From a virus (taxonomy: Duplodnaviria; Caudoviricetes), in IMG/VR virus record IMGVR_UViG_3300020331_000002: a stretch of DNA of 64,000 nt; one strand, 5' to 3'. Positions 46,286 through 54,873 of this stretch are shown here, piece after piece. Position numbers and translations under genes: made by a program. Numbering within the stretch: the stretch's first letter is position 1; each line of letters starts with the position of its first letter. The notes beneath the pieces were generated by a model, which was not told the origin of the DNA, searched no databases, and saw only the letters and a list, made by a program, of their open reading frames with translations.

Positions 46286-47089
46286 TCATCCGTAATTTAA
46301 TCGCAACATAGCAAGCTCGGATTCACTGAGCTCAGTGTGTTGCGCAAATTCAAGGACATCTTTACACCAGAGACCATTATAGTGAAATTCAGCGATACTA
46401 TCGCCGCTAGCGGATTCAACTACTACCGCAGGAGAGTGTGTATGATGCATTCTACCAAAACGATGATAGACAATCCCTTCTTTGCAATCTACTGTACCCA
46501 ATGAATTGACATATATTGTGCCGCCGTATTGTACCAAAGAAGGGATGCCGTTGAAAGAATGAGGGCGCCAGCGGACAGACGAAGAACGATTTTTGTTATA
46601 AGGGTGCCTACTATCCATCCCGTTTGTGTCGGCAATGAAAGTAGATAACCTTTCATAATAAACTTCAGTCTCACCGGGCGCAGTATTAAAGACGCTATGT
46701 TCGATTTTTTTGAACTCACTACCTAGTTCGTCAGTGTATACCTCCACAGTAGCATTTTTAACAGGACCTGCATACTCTTCAATTATGGCAGCTTTACCGC
46801 CATCTCTTACAAAATTAGATCCGTTAAACCACGAGTGGGTGACAATACTGTATTCTTTTGTCTGGTTCGTGTACTTGGTAATAAACGCAGGTTCGTCGTT
46901 CTCCGACTTCACTTCACCTGTCTTGTCACGTATCCAGGTTTCTAGCACTATCTTTTCATTTATTTTCTGGGGCCTTTTTGCATCGTCGTCCATAAAAATG
47001 CTTGGTGCTATACCTAAAGTTTGAACAATGTGTTTGTTATCTGATTTAGTATACTCACGTATACTGTAAGAGTAGTTATCCATACTCAT
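46286..47089 (-). CDS. Hypothetical protein; outlying member of the C-terminal-motif family (ELSESELAMLRLNYG)
   Basis: 267 aa; own sigma70 promoter. Confidence 0.75.
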   Translation of the reverse strand: MSMDNYSYSIREYTKSDNKHIVQTLGIAPSIFMDDDAKRPQKINEKIVLETWIRDKTGEVKSENDEPAFITKYTNQTKEYSIVTHSWFNGSNFVRDGGKAAIIEEYAGPVKNATVEVYTDELGSEFKKIEHSVFNTAPGETEVYYERLSTFIADTNGMDSRHPYNKNRSSSVRWRPHSFNGIPSLVQYGGTIYVNSLGTVDCKEGIVYHRFGRMHHTHSPAVVVESASGDSIAEFHYNGLWCKDVLEFAQHTELSESELAMLRLNYG

Positions 47090-47114
47090 ACCTGATGTGT
47101 AGCTTTTTGAGTCT

Positions 47115-47143
47115 ATTATACTGACGAACTACGTTTTCAGCAA
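47115..47143 (-). promoter_or_regulatory. Sigma70 promoter for 46286..47089
   Basis: TTGCTG-N17-TATAAT. Confidence 0.7.
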
Positions 47144-47146
47144 GAC

Positions 47147-47152
47147 TAAATA
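47147..47152 (+). promoter_or_regulatory. TAAATA putative late promoter for the GT/MTase/GNAT operon
   Basis: CTAAATA 30 nt before the ATG at 47182. Confidence 0.5.
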
Positions 47153-47181
47153 TTATAAAATCCACAAACACGAGTCCGTCC

Positions 47182-48810
47182 ATGAAAGATATTGTATATT
47201 ACTCAAAGTCGTTGTCTGCCTTAGAATCATTTAAAAAACAATGGCCCCATGCCTTAATAGTAAACACGTCTGATATGGCGGAGGCAGTGCGAGTTTTAAA
47301 AAATACTTTTACTTCTGTAAGATACCTTATCGCAGAGGGTGACGAAGACTTCCTACAGTATGTGCCTACGGGCAGTGATGCTGACTTAATCCACACCTTT
47401 AATAACTCTCTTATTGTGCCCTGGCACACTGAAGTCACAAGCGACTTTCATGGTTTCGGCATAGCTGTTTCAGCTAACATGAATCCAGAGTATGTCGAAT
47501 TTGAAGGATTACAAAACATAACAGAGCCGGTTGATTACGTGCCGACCGATTCTATTACTGTGGTATACGGCACCGAAGAACGTTTTTATAGTGAGGATGT
47601 AATACACATACCGTCGTTAGGCGAGGATGCATTATGGCCATCACTTGCCACCCAACCAAAGTCATGGATCCATTTTCAACATGTGTCGGTTGCTCAATCT
47701 GATACTACCTTGCGCAGTAAACTTGACCCCAACTCTATACACAGACGCGGGTCTAATTACTGCTTCACAATGCACAAGGACTTGATCGACACCAATCGTA
47801 AGTTTAAATTGGCACACTTAAAAGTTAAGGACCATCACGCGCCTAATACAGTAGTGAACCGAGCTTCATGGCCTGTTTATCAAGATATCAATAAACTAGA
47901 AGCCAGCAATCACACCGAAGCACTCTTAGTGCCGATCGGATCTACTGTCAACGACACTGCGTTAGAGTATGTGCCAGAGATACACGAGCACGAAGCATCT
48001 GTCTTAATGAGGGAAACTGATTCACGTGGTTTTAGCATCGGCGGAGGCGGCGTCAAACTAGTCAACAAAGGCACTAATAAGTCAGTATACAGCAAAGCAA
48101 TCGGCTCTTCCATTGCTGAGTTTGATATCATATTCTTATCAAACAACGAGTCGTTTGCTGACGATCACTACGCTCAATTGAAAGAACGGTTCCCGCGTGC
48201 TAAACGAGTTAACGGCGTGAAGGGAATCGGCAAAGCACACCAAGTGTGTGCCGAAGTCGCCAACACTGATATGTTCTGGGTAGTAGACGCCGACAGCGTA
48301 ATTGTCCCAGATTTCAAGTTTGATTTTATCCCGCCTCGTAGCGCATGGCACAAGGTGTACGTATTCAGGAGTAAGAACCCTGTTAATAATTTAATATACG
48401 GCCACGGCGGCGTCAAGCTTTTTCCAAGGAACAGAGTTCTAGATGCAGAGACTGATGTAGTAGACTTCACTACTAGTTTAGGTGACTTCTGTGCTGTCAG
48501 TGTACTGAGCAACGTCAACGCGTACGATAAAAGCGGCTGGCATGTGTGGCGTACTGCCGTTCGAGAAGCGGCAAAGTTACAGAACCAAGTAAAACATAAT
48601 CCAGAAGACCTCGTATCGGCACGTCGGCTAGAACAATGGCTAACGGTAGGTGAAGGCGAGTACGGTAGCATTTCATTAAAAGGCGCTCGTTTTGGTGCTG
48701 ACCTATCACTAAATACGATTAGCATATCTCCGATAAACAACGACGGGTGGCTACGAGGATATTATGATGAGGTTCATGAATATGGAGATGACGTTTCTGA
48801 ATTGGAGTGA
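47182..48810 (+). CDS. Glycosyltransferase-like protein (GT-A type DxD motif in the C-terminal half)
   Basis: FDIIFLSNNE..AKRVNGVKGI..AH..CA....TDMFWVVDAD and W.TAVREAAKL. Confidence 0.6.
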   Translation: MKDIVYYSKSLSALESFKKQWPHALIVNTSDMAEAVRVLKNTFTSVRYLIAEGDEDFLQYVPTGSDADLIHTFNNSLIVPWHTEVTSDFHGFGIAVSANMNPEYVEFEGLQNITEPVDYVPTDSITVVYGTEERFYSEDVIHIPSLGEDALWPSLATQPKSWIHFQHVSVAQSDTTLRSKLDPNSIHRRGSNYCFTMHKDLIDTNRKFKLAHLKVKDHHAPNTVVNRASWPVYQDINKLEASNHTEALLVPIGSTVNDTALEYVPEIHEHEASVLMRETDSRGFSIGGGGVKLVNKGTNKSVYSKAIGSSIAEFDIIFLSNNESFADDHYAQLKERFPRAKRVNGVKGIGKAHQVCAEVANTDMFWVVDADSVIVPDFKFDFIPPRSAWHKVYVFRSKNPVNNLIYGHGGVKLFPRNRVLDAETDVVDFTTSLGDFCAVSVLSNVNAYDKSGWHVWRTAVREAAKLQNQVKHNPEDLVSARRLEQWLTVGEGEYGSISLKGARFGADLSLNTISISPINNDGWLRGYYDEVHEYGDDVSELE

Positions 48811-49381
48811 CGTCGACATATACAACGCACAACACACAATGTCCGCTAAACTGACAAATTTCTTGTCAAGTAATTTTTCAGACTACGACAATATTTTAAA
48901 CGACAAAGCAAGGCTCGCCACTATGTTTTGGATTTCCGCCGCCATACGTGATATGGATATTCTAAACGACAAAAACATGGTTATATGCGGCGATAACGGT
49001 ATACTGGGATCACACTTGGCAAGTACTACAGAGCTTCGCAGAATAGTCACGGTCGGCCACGGACTGTGTAGTGATCTACAACACATAAACCGCGCCAACG
49101 TAATTGAAACACCTATTAACCACACCCATGATTACGAGTCCAGCGATTTTATTTTACACTGTTCATTTGACTCAATTGAAAATGCAGGTGACTGGTTTTC
49201 TGGAACTACAAGAAAACCATTATTTGGTCTTGTCGCAACGCACGCTAGTGAAGGATCAACACAACCTATAAAGTGCGCTGATGACCTTATACGCTTGTCT
49301 GGATTAAATACCGTATATTACAATGGCACTATACACTTTCCCGGTCAATCTAAGACGATGATAATAGGTAAATTCGAATGA
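48764..49381 (+). CDS. Putative Rossmann-fold SAM methyltransferase-like protein (divergent)
   Basis: Weak motif-I-like MVICGDNGILG, then D-F-I-L-H-C-S; start uncertain (48764-48788). Confidence 0.4.
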   Translation: MMRFMNMEMTFLNWSDVDIYNAQHTMSAKLTNFLSSNFSDYDNILNDKARLATMFWISAAIRDMDILNDKNMVICGDNGILGSHLASTTELRRIVTVGHGLCSDLQHINRANVIETPINHTHDYESSDFILHCSFDSIENAGDWFSGTTRKPLFGLVATHASEGSTQPIKCADDLIRLSGLNTVYYNGTIHFPGQSKTMIIGKFE

Positions 49382-49839
49382 CAGTAAATGTGGTAAAGAT
49401 CAGTTTTGACGAAATCAAAGAGATATGGTCGAATGAACTATGGCCGGGACGAAAAGATGTGAATCCTTTCAGTACTATGCTACCATACGGCGGTAACGAT
49501 ATCGATATGGATAAGATTGCTAGGCCTGTATTTATTGCAGTCATGCATGACGACTTATTAGCTGGTGTGAATAGTGTGCATTATACAGGCCACGGCATGG
49601 CTCGTAGTCGCGGGCTGTATGTTCGTCCAGCATACAGAGGAAAAGGTTACGGTGTGACCTTACTCAACGAAAGTAAAAAGGCAGCAAGGGATGAATATAA
49701 CGCCGATTACTTGTGGTCGTTACCGAAGAAGTCGGGGTGGAAAACATATTCAGCCGCTGACTTCGTAAAGTACAGCGACTGGCTTTCGGGTTTTGAGTAC
49801 GGCCCTAACGCATACGCCATGGCCAAACTATCTGGTTGA
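49378..49839 (+). CDS. GNAT-family acetyltransferase
   Basis: GNAT motif A: RGLYVRPAYRGKGYGVTLL. Confidence 0.85.
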   Translation: MTVNVVKISFDEIKEIWSNELWPGRKDVNPFSTMLPYGGNDIDMDKIARPVFIAVMHDDLLAGVNSVHYTGHGMARSRGLYVRPAYRGKGYGVTLLNESKKAARDEYNADYLWSLPKKSGWKTYSAADFVKYSDWLSGFEYGPNAYAMAKLSG

Positions 49840-50133
49840 GGCCCATACCTTTTCTTCTATTTCGCGCGCCAAACGGAGAACGTGGTCGACGTCTATGACC
49901 ACTTTCACCATCATTATATCATTCTTGCTTAACTTTTCGTTAATCATTTCTAATAACGAAACCCTCGCATCAGGTTCGTAATCAACTTCAGTTACTTCCC
50001 CGCTTACGTGTATTAAATCAATCCTGACAATGAACTTGAACGATAGCTGCTTTATAGACAAACTAGATATGAGCTCACTCGCCTCGTATGGATCCGCTGT
50101 ACAAAAGTCAGCCGCGGCGAGTACTATGTTCAT
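49828..50133 (-). CDS. Hypothetical protein
   Basis: 101 aa; converges on the GNAT gene with a 12-nt overlap. Confidence 0.55.
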   Translation of the reverse strand: MNIVLAAADFCTADPYEASELISSLSIKQLSFKFIVRIDLIHVSGEVTEVDYEPDARVSLLEMINEKLSKNDIMMVKVVIDVDHVLRLAREIEEKVWASTR

Positions 50134-50795
50134 CGAGTAGACGCTCGCTTGCCGCCTTTGCGCAAATCAGGCTCAAGTTCATACGCACGTTTGCGAAGTT
50201 CTTTGCCTGCTTTTTCCAAGTCACGTGCCATTTCGATAATAACACGAGCGTCGCTTTTGGCAGTGTATTGCTCAACCACAGTAGTTAGCTCAAACTCAGT
50301 ACCGGATGACCCAGTAGTTGGCGCAGTGGTGTTGTCAGCTTGCGTCACGGATTCTTGAATGTTTTCTACTTTACCGGCTTGGGCTAGTTCGGCGACGGCT
50401 TCAGCTGCGCCAATATCGTCGCCGTGCATCTTTGCGTTGAGTTCACGCAGGCCAATTGACTTGGCATCGTTTAAAATCATCACAACGGTGTCCACAGGAA
50501 CCTTTTTAATGTAGCCGTAGTCTTGTAGAGTTTTAAGCACATTACCTTTGTTTGTACTGAAAACACAGTCACGAGAACCAAGATAAGTCGCAACGTCATT
50601 TGCTTGTTGTCCAGCAGTGCTACGGACAAACGTCATCATTTCAGTGTCATACGGGGCTGTAAGAGACTCAAACGGACATACCAGCGCATGCTCGTTATCA
50701 TACGTATTCGGTGTAAGCGGAACACGGTGCCACAGCACGACATACTTCGTTCCGGTATTCGCGCATTTGGCTAAGTGTTTAGTAATTGTTTGCAT
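50130..50795 (-). CDS. Conserved hypothetical phage protein
   Basis: Start moved to MQTITKH (50795, GGAG RBS). Confidence 0.65.
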   Translation of the reverse strand: MQTITKHLAKCANTGTKYVVLWHRVPLTPNTYDNEHALVCPFESLTAPYDTEMMTFVRSTAGQQANDVATYLGSRDCVFSTNKGNVLKTLQDYGYIKKVPVDTVVMILNDAKSIGLRELNAKMHGDDIGAAEAVAELAQAGKVENIQESVTQADNTTAPTTGSSGTEFELTTVVEQYTAKSDARVIIEMARDLEKAGKELRKRAYELEPDLRKGGKRASTR

Positions 50796-50796
50796 G

Positions 50797-51231
50797 TTAT
50801 TCTCCGGTTTCTTCTTGTTCTTCTTGTTCTTGTTCCTTCGACTGTTCGGCGTTGGAACGATCAACTGACATTAACAAGCCTTTGAGCTTAGAAGCAACGA
50901 CACCTATTTGTGCAAATTCTTCTAGCTGGAACGCACCTCTGTTCGCAGCCAAAGACAGCGCTTCAAGTAATATTCTCAAGTCAGCTACTGTTAACGAAGC
51001 TTGGTGTTGACTAACGGCAGCGGCTTGTGCAGGCGCATCATTAGACGTTTGTGTTTCTAGCGCCGCGGTTAAGTCGGAAATCATCACCTTAATATCTTTA
51101 AGGCGGAGTTTCTCCGTGCCGTTTACTGTGTATTGACCACCTTTAAAAATTTCAATACTGGGTTCTTCACCATGAACTTGCTTGTATAGATCACTGAACT
51201 CGGCGATAATTTTCTCAGATTGTTTTGACAT
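50797..51231 (-). CDS. Conserved hypothetical phage protein
   Basis: LTVADL..L..A..RGAF.LEE..IG pattern; preceded by TAAATA. Confidence 0.65.
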   Translation of the reverse strand: MSKQSEKIIAEFSDLYKQVHGEEPSIEIFKGGQYTVNGTEKLRLKDIKVMISDLTAALETQTSNDAPAQAAAVSQHQASLTVADLRILLEALSLAANRGAFQLEEFAQIGVVASKLKGLLMSVDRSNAEQSKEQEQEEQEETGE

Positions 51232-51299
51232 TTTATATTTCTCACTGTGAATATGTTTTGTTGTATGTGTTATTTACGCGATGCGTTTTTCAGGGCATG

Positions 51300-51322
51300 A
51301 AAAAGCCGCTCAAAAGCGGCTT
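51300..51322 (-). terminator. Intrinsic terminator after the VWA gene
   Basis: AAGCCGCTTTTGAGCGGCTTTTT; TAAATA follows at 51271-51276. Confidence 0.8.
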
Positions 51323-51366
51323 GCAAAAATGTGTAACATTTTAAAATGTTACTAGATCTTGTAACA

Positions 51367-52803
51367 TTATTTCTTGGTACTGTCGTACCATACTGTTTTG
51401 CCGAACGGTGCTTCGATATTATGCTCCGGATCGTCACAGATCAACCAAATAGTCTCACAGTACTTCGGGTCGCCCCAGCTGCCGTACGGGTAGCCGTCAG
51501 TAGCAACAAGCAGGATCTTAGGTACTTCACGCTCACGCTTCAAATAATCGAAGATTGATGTAAAGCTGGTACCACCACAGCCCACGAACTCAACTTTTTC
51601 TACATCAGCGATGTTGTTACGTGTAAAGTGGAAAATATTACGCGAATCAACTTCATCATCAAACGCAAACACCTTCAAGCTAATTTGACTAAACTGAGAA
51701 AGCATGCCTTTAACTTCTGAAAGGAACTCGTTAAGGTTGCGTTGACTAATTGATCCTGAGTTGTCAATCGCAATTACTACTTCAACCTCATCGTCATACT
51801 CTTGCCCGGGTAGTACAAATGTACCGCGTCCAAATTGACGTCTATTAGGGCGAGCGTATGTGTGTAAGTTGCGGATATAACCTTTAGTGCGAGCCATAAA
51901 GTATTGTTTCCAATTCACTTGCGGCTTTCTCAAGTCACGCACAAAACGACGCACGTTGCCAGGAACGTTGCCTGCTCCTTTGCCTTGTGTCATATCAGCG
52001 TTGTCGTGTGCCTGTTGTACAGCACCAACGATCTCGCGTTGCAATTCTTGAATCTCGGCACGGGTTAATTTGTTGCCTTTACCGTCACCTTCTTGATCGC
52101 CGTCTTTGGAGTCGCCTGACTGGCTTTCTGCGTGATCGTCAAGTGTTGAACCGTAAGCTTCTCTGAGCAACTGTTCTAGTTCTTCACGCGTAATTTGCTG
52201 TGAGCCTTCATCACTACCATCACCGCCGTCGCCGCCTTGGCCGCCGCCTTGGCCGCCGCCGGGTACTTTCAACCCTCCGCCTTGGCCTGAGCCAGATTCA
52301 TCAACGTCAATGCCGTGCTCGTTCTTCAGTTCATCTTTTAACAAGTCATAAACTTGCTCTGAAGTCATGCCACTATACTTAGGGTCATACAAGCCAGTTG
52401 TTTCACCGTTAATAGTAGGTAGCGAGGTACCAAAGATTGTTGAGTTGAGTTCAATCATCTCACCATTAATAACATAGTCGGTTGCCCAACCCCATAACGT
52501 GTGGTTGCGATTACCCACGCGAGCAATACCACCGTGTTCGTATACGTTATGCATGATTTCATGGCCAATAACAAACGTTACGCCTTTTTGGTCATCAATT
52601 GACTCAGTCCACTTTTCGTTGAACTTAACCCATCGGCCGTTTGTTGCCATAGTATGAATGCGCGGGTCATCACCGGGCACTTGAGAAAATGCTAAGCGGC
52701 TAACTAATACACCGAAAAACGGTTCGCTTAACATGATGTTTACTACGGCCTGCTTGACTCGAAACTTCGCGTCATGCTTGTCTTTACTAAACGGGTTTCT
52801 CAT
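51367..52803 (-). CDS. VWA-domain protein with an N-terminal HExxH metallopeptidase-like domain (DUF2201-like)
   Basis: MATNG, HEIMH, MIDAS DNSGS, GGTSF and TDG motifs; Gly/Asp-rich linker. Confidence 0.88.
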   Translation of the reverse strand: MRNPFSKDKHDAKFRVKQAVVNIMLSEPFFGVLVSRLAFSQVPGDDPRIHTMATNGRWVKFNEKWTESIDDQKGVTFVIGHEIMHNVYEHGGIARVGNRNHTLWGWATDYVINGEMIELNSTIFGTSLPTINGETTGLYDPKYSGMTSEQVYDLLKDELKNEHGIDVDESGSGQGGGLKVPGGGQGGGQGGDGGDGSDEGSQQITREELEQLLREAYGSTLDDHAESQSGDSKDGDQEGDGKGNKLTRAEIQELQREIVGAVQQAHDNADMTQGKGAGNVPGNVRRFVRDLRKPQVNWKQYFMARTKGYIRNLHTYARPNRRQFGRGTFVLPGQEYDDEVEVVIAIDNSGSISQRNLNEFLSEVKGMLSQFSQISLKVFAFDDEVDSRNIFHFTRNNIADVEKVEFVGCGGTSFTSIFDYLKREREVPKILLVATDGYPYGSWGDPKYCETIWLICDDPEHNIEAPFGKTVWYDSTKK

Positions 52804-52836
52804 AATCTTAAACCTTATTTGTTATTAAGTACGTCG

Positions 52837-52865
52837 AATATAACAAAGGCAACCAAAGTAGTAAA
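52837..52865 (-). promoter_or_regulatory. Sigma70-type promoter for the VWA gene
   Basis: TTTACT-N17-TATATT with TG extension; same boxes as 19969-19997. Confidence 0.7.
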
Positions 52866-52897
52866 CACTTCTGGTCACTTTTTATATTTTTTTTATT

Positions 52898-53191
52898 TTA
52901 CTCGTCGTTTCCGCAGTGAACACAAATATATGAGCGGTGTGTTGGTTTCTTGCAAGCTCTGCAACGCGCAGTGGGAACAAAAGCGTCGACTAGGGTGCGC
53001 AGAAGCTCGTTTTCTTCGCGTAGCGACTTCAATTCGTTTTCCAAGTCGCTGTTAGCTCGAGCGGGCGAGGCATCCGTTGTTGGTGCCTGCGGCGCTTGGA
53101 GATCTTCTAGCTCAGCAATCTTTGTTTTCATCTGCTCAAGACATGTGGTAGTTGCTGCGTTGAGCTCGCGTAACTTCTTTAAATATTCCAT
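52898..53191 (-). CDS. Coiled-coil protein with a C-terminal Zn ribbon
   Basis: CRAC..CVHC; start moved to MEYLKK (53191). Confidence 0.6.
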   Translation of the reverse strand: MEYLKKLRELNAATTTCLEQMKTKIAELEDLQAPQAPTTDASPARANSDLENELKSLREENELLRTLVDAFVPTARCRACKKPTHRSYICVHCGNDE

Positions 53192-53192
53192 T

Positions 53193-53444
53193 TTATTCCT
53201 CGTCAGCAAACGTAACACAAAGCAACTTGTCACCGCACCATGCGTGAGCTGTGGCTTCTTCTAGCGCTGTATCAGTTGTGTGAGTTACTAAGTCCGCTGG
53301 TATATCGAACGTAGCTAGTAGGGTTTCTGCGGCGCTGCGCCAGTTGTTGGTTGCAGCCATATCGAAAGTACATTTGAGTTTCGAAAAGCTATGCTCTAGA
53401 ACTTCAACAGTAACAACGGGACGAGTAAATTTTTCAGTAACCAT
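53193..53444 (-). CDS. Hypothetical protein
   Basis: Start moved to MVTEKF (53444) after AAGGAG. Confidence 0.6.
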   Translation of the reverse strand: MVTEKFTRPVVTVEVLEHSFSKLKCTFDMAATNNWRSAAETLLATFDIPADLVTHTTDTALEEATAHAWCGDKLLCVTFADEE

Positions 53445-53475
53445 AATATTATGCTCCTTAGTCAGCAGGGAGGCC

Positions 53476-54687
53476 TTATGCCTCCGCTCCTTTGTTTGCT
53501 TTTTTCTCTTCAAGCAGGAATCTGAACTTAGCTTCACGACGCATCAAGCTGTACACCGCGCTCTTTTTCCACGCGTTCGGGTTGCGGCGCGCTAGTCCGC
53601 CAATTTTAAGCGCTGTTCGGATACTAACTTCATCCAAGTCATGCATATACACATTCAGGAAGTCAACGATTTCTTGCTTCATTTCGTCGTTCAACTCTAA
53701 ACGGTTCTTCTCAAACAGGCCTGTACTAACAAGGCTTTTAATTCTGCGAATTTTATCTTCAACTGTACCGATTTCCAAATCATAGTACAAGCTTCTTGAC
53801 TTAAGTGCATCCAAGTGAGGTTTAATACGCACGCTACGAACACGATCAAAGTCAAGGTTAGAGATAAATATCACACTACCGCAGAAGTCAAACTGTCTCG
53901 GAACGCCCTCTTCTTCAAGGATACGTGACTCAGCCATCCAGCTAATTGTACGTTTATGGTCAGTATCAAGCGCCGCTTTTAAAATGTTTAGGCTAACGTC
54001 GTCATAAAACAAAGTATCACAGTCATCAAACACCAATACTTGGCCTTTGTCTCTGTACTGAAATAGCTCTTGATAAAGCGCTATCGGGGTAATTGTGCCT
54101 TTAATAACGCGATATGTGCGTTCTTCAGAACCAAACGGGTTGGTTGCTGTGTGGTCACCTGTCAGGAACATGCCGTTCGTGCACAAAAAGCGATAATACT
54201 CTTTGGCCACCGCGTTCACTAAGTGGCTTTTACCAATACCTGCCGGGCCACTAATAATCATGCTTGACACGTCACCTTCACACACTGACCAAGCAATGTC
54301 GCGTAATATATCAAAGCTCTGTTCAATACGCTCTAGAGCTTCTTCTTCAGTTTCAGAGTTACGGTATGCTAGCTCGTAACTTGTTTCGTCGCATGCTTCG
54401 CCAACCGCTTCAGCGATCGCTGTTTTCTGCGCTTGTGCTTTTTTAGCGTCTTTCATTGCTTTGCTTTGCAAAGTAATTGTTTCACCGTCATATTCTTCTA
54501 AAAACTCGAAGTTTTCAACGTCGTCAGAAAAAACACGCTTGCCTTTCTTTTGCATTGGAACAGGAACAGTAACGTAATATGAATTTTTAACAGGAAGAAA
54601 AGTTGCAGAATTAGAGGTAGTTTCTAAAACACCGTTTAGTTCAGAATCGCCAGTAGTAGTCCAGCCATCAACAATACGTACAAACAT
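53476..54687 (-). CDS. AAA+ ATPase
   Basis: Walker A GPAGIGKS; Walker B VLVFDDCD; ALKSRS. Confidence 0.85.
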   Translation of the reverse strand: MFVRIVDGWTTTGDSELNGVLETTSNSATFLPVKNSYYVTVPVPMQKKGKRVFSDDVENFEFLEEYDGETITLQSKAMKDAKKAQAQKTAIAEAVGEACDETSYELAYRNSETEEEALERIEQSFDILRDIAWSVCEGDVSSMIISGPAGIGKSHLVNAVAKEYYRFLCTNGMFLTGDHTATNPFGSEERTYRVIKGTITPIALYQELFQYRDKGQVLVFDDCDTLFYDDVSLNILKAALDTDHKRTISWMAESRILEEEGVPRQFDFCGSVIFISNLDFDRVRSVRIKPHLDALKSRSLYYDLEIGTVEDKIRRIKSLVSTGLFEKNRLELNDEMKQEIVDFLNVYMHDLDEVSIRTALKIGGLARRNPNAWKKSAVYSLMRREAKFRFLLEEKKANKGAEA

Positions 54688-54744
54688 AATTTCACCTTTA
54701 AATTCTGCGTTACTGCCTAATTGCTGTAACGCGTCAATATCTTA

Positions 54745-54773
54745 ATAGTAGACTATTAGGTGGTTGGTAGCAA
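54745..54773 (-). promoter_or_regulatory. Sigma70-type promoter for the AAA ATPase gene
   Basis: TTGCTA-N17-TACTAT. Confidence 0.6.
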
Positions 54774-54811
54774 GAAAAGATTAAAAGAAAAGTGAAGTTT
54801 TTTTCAAACAT

Positions 54812-54838
54812 AAAAAAAGGCTGCAATATTGCAGCCTT
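54812..54838 (-). terminator. Intrinsic terminator after the moxR-like gene
   Basis: Palindrome AAGGCTGCAATATTGCAGCCTT plus a U tract. Confidence 0.85.
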
Positions 54839-54873
54839 CAAAGGGTAGGGCGTAGCCGCCCTTGTCAGAAATC

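Noticed and set aside
52215-52290. GC-rich tandem repeat gccgccttggcc
   Set aside because: Encodes the GGGQGGGQGGDG low-complexity linker of the VWA protein
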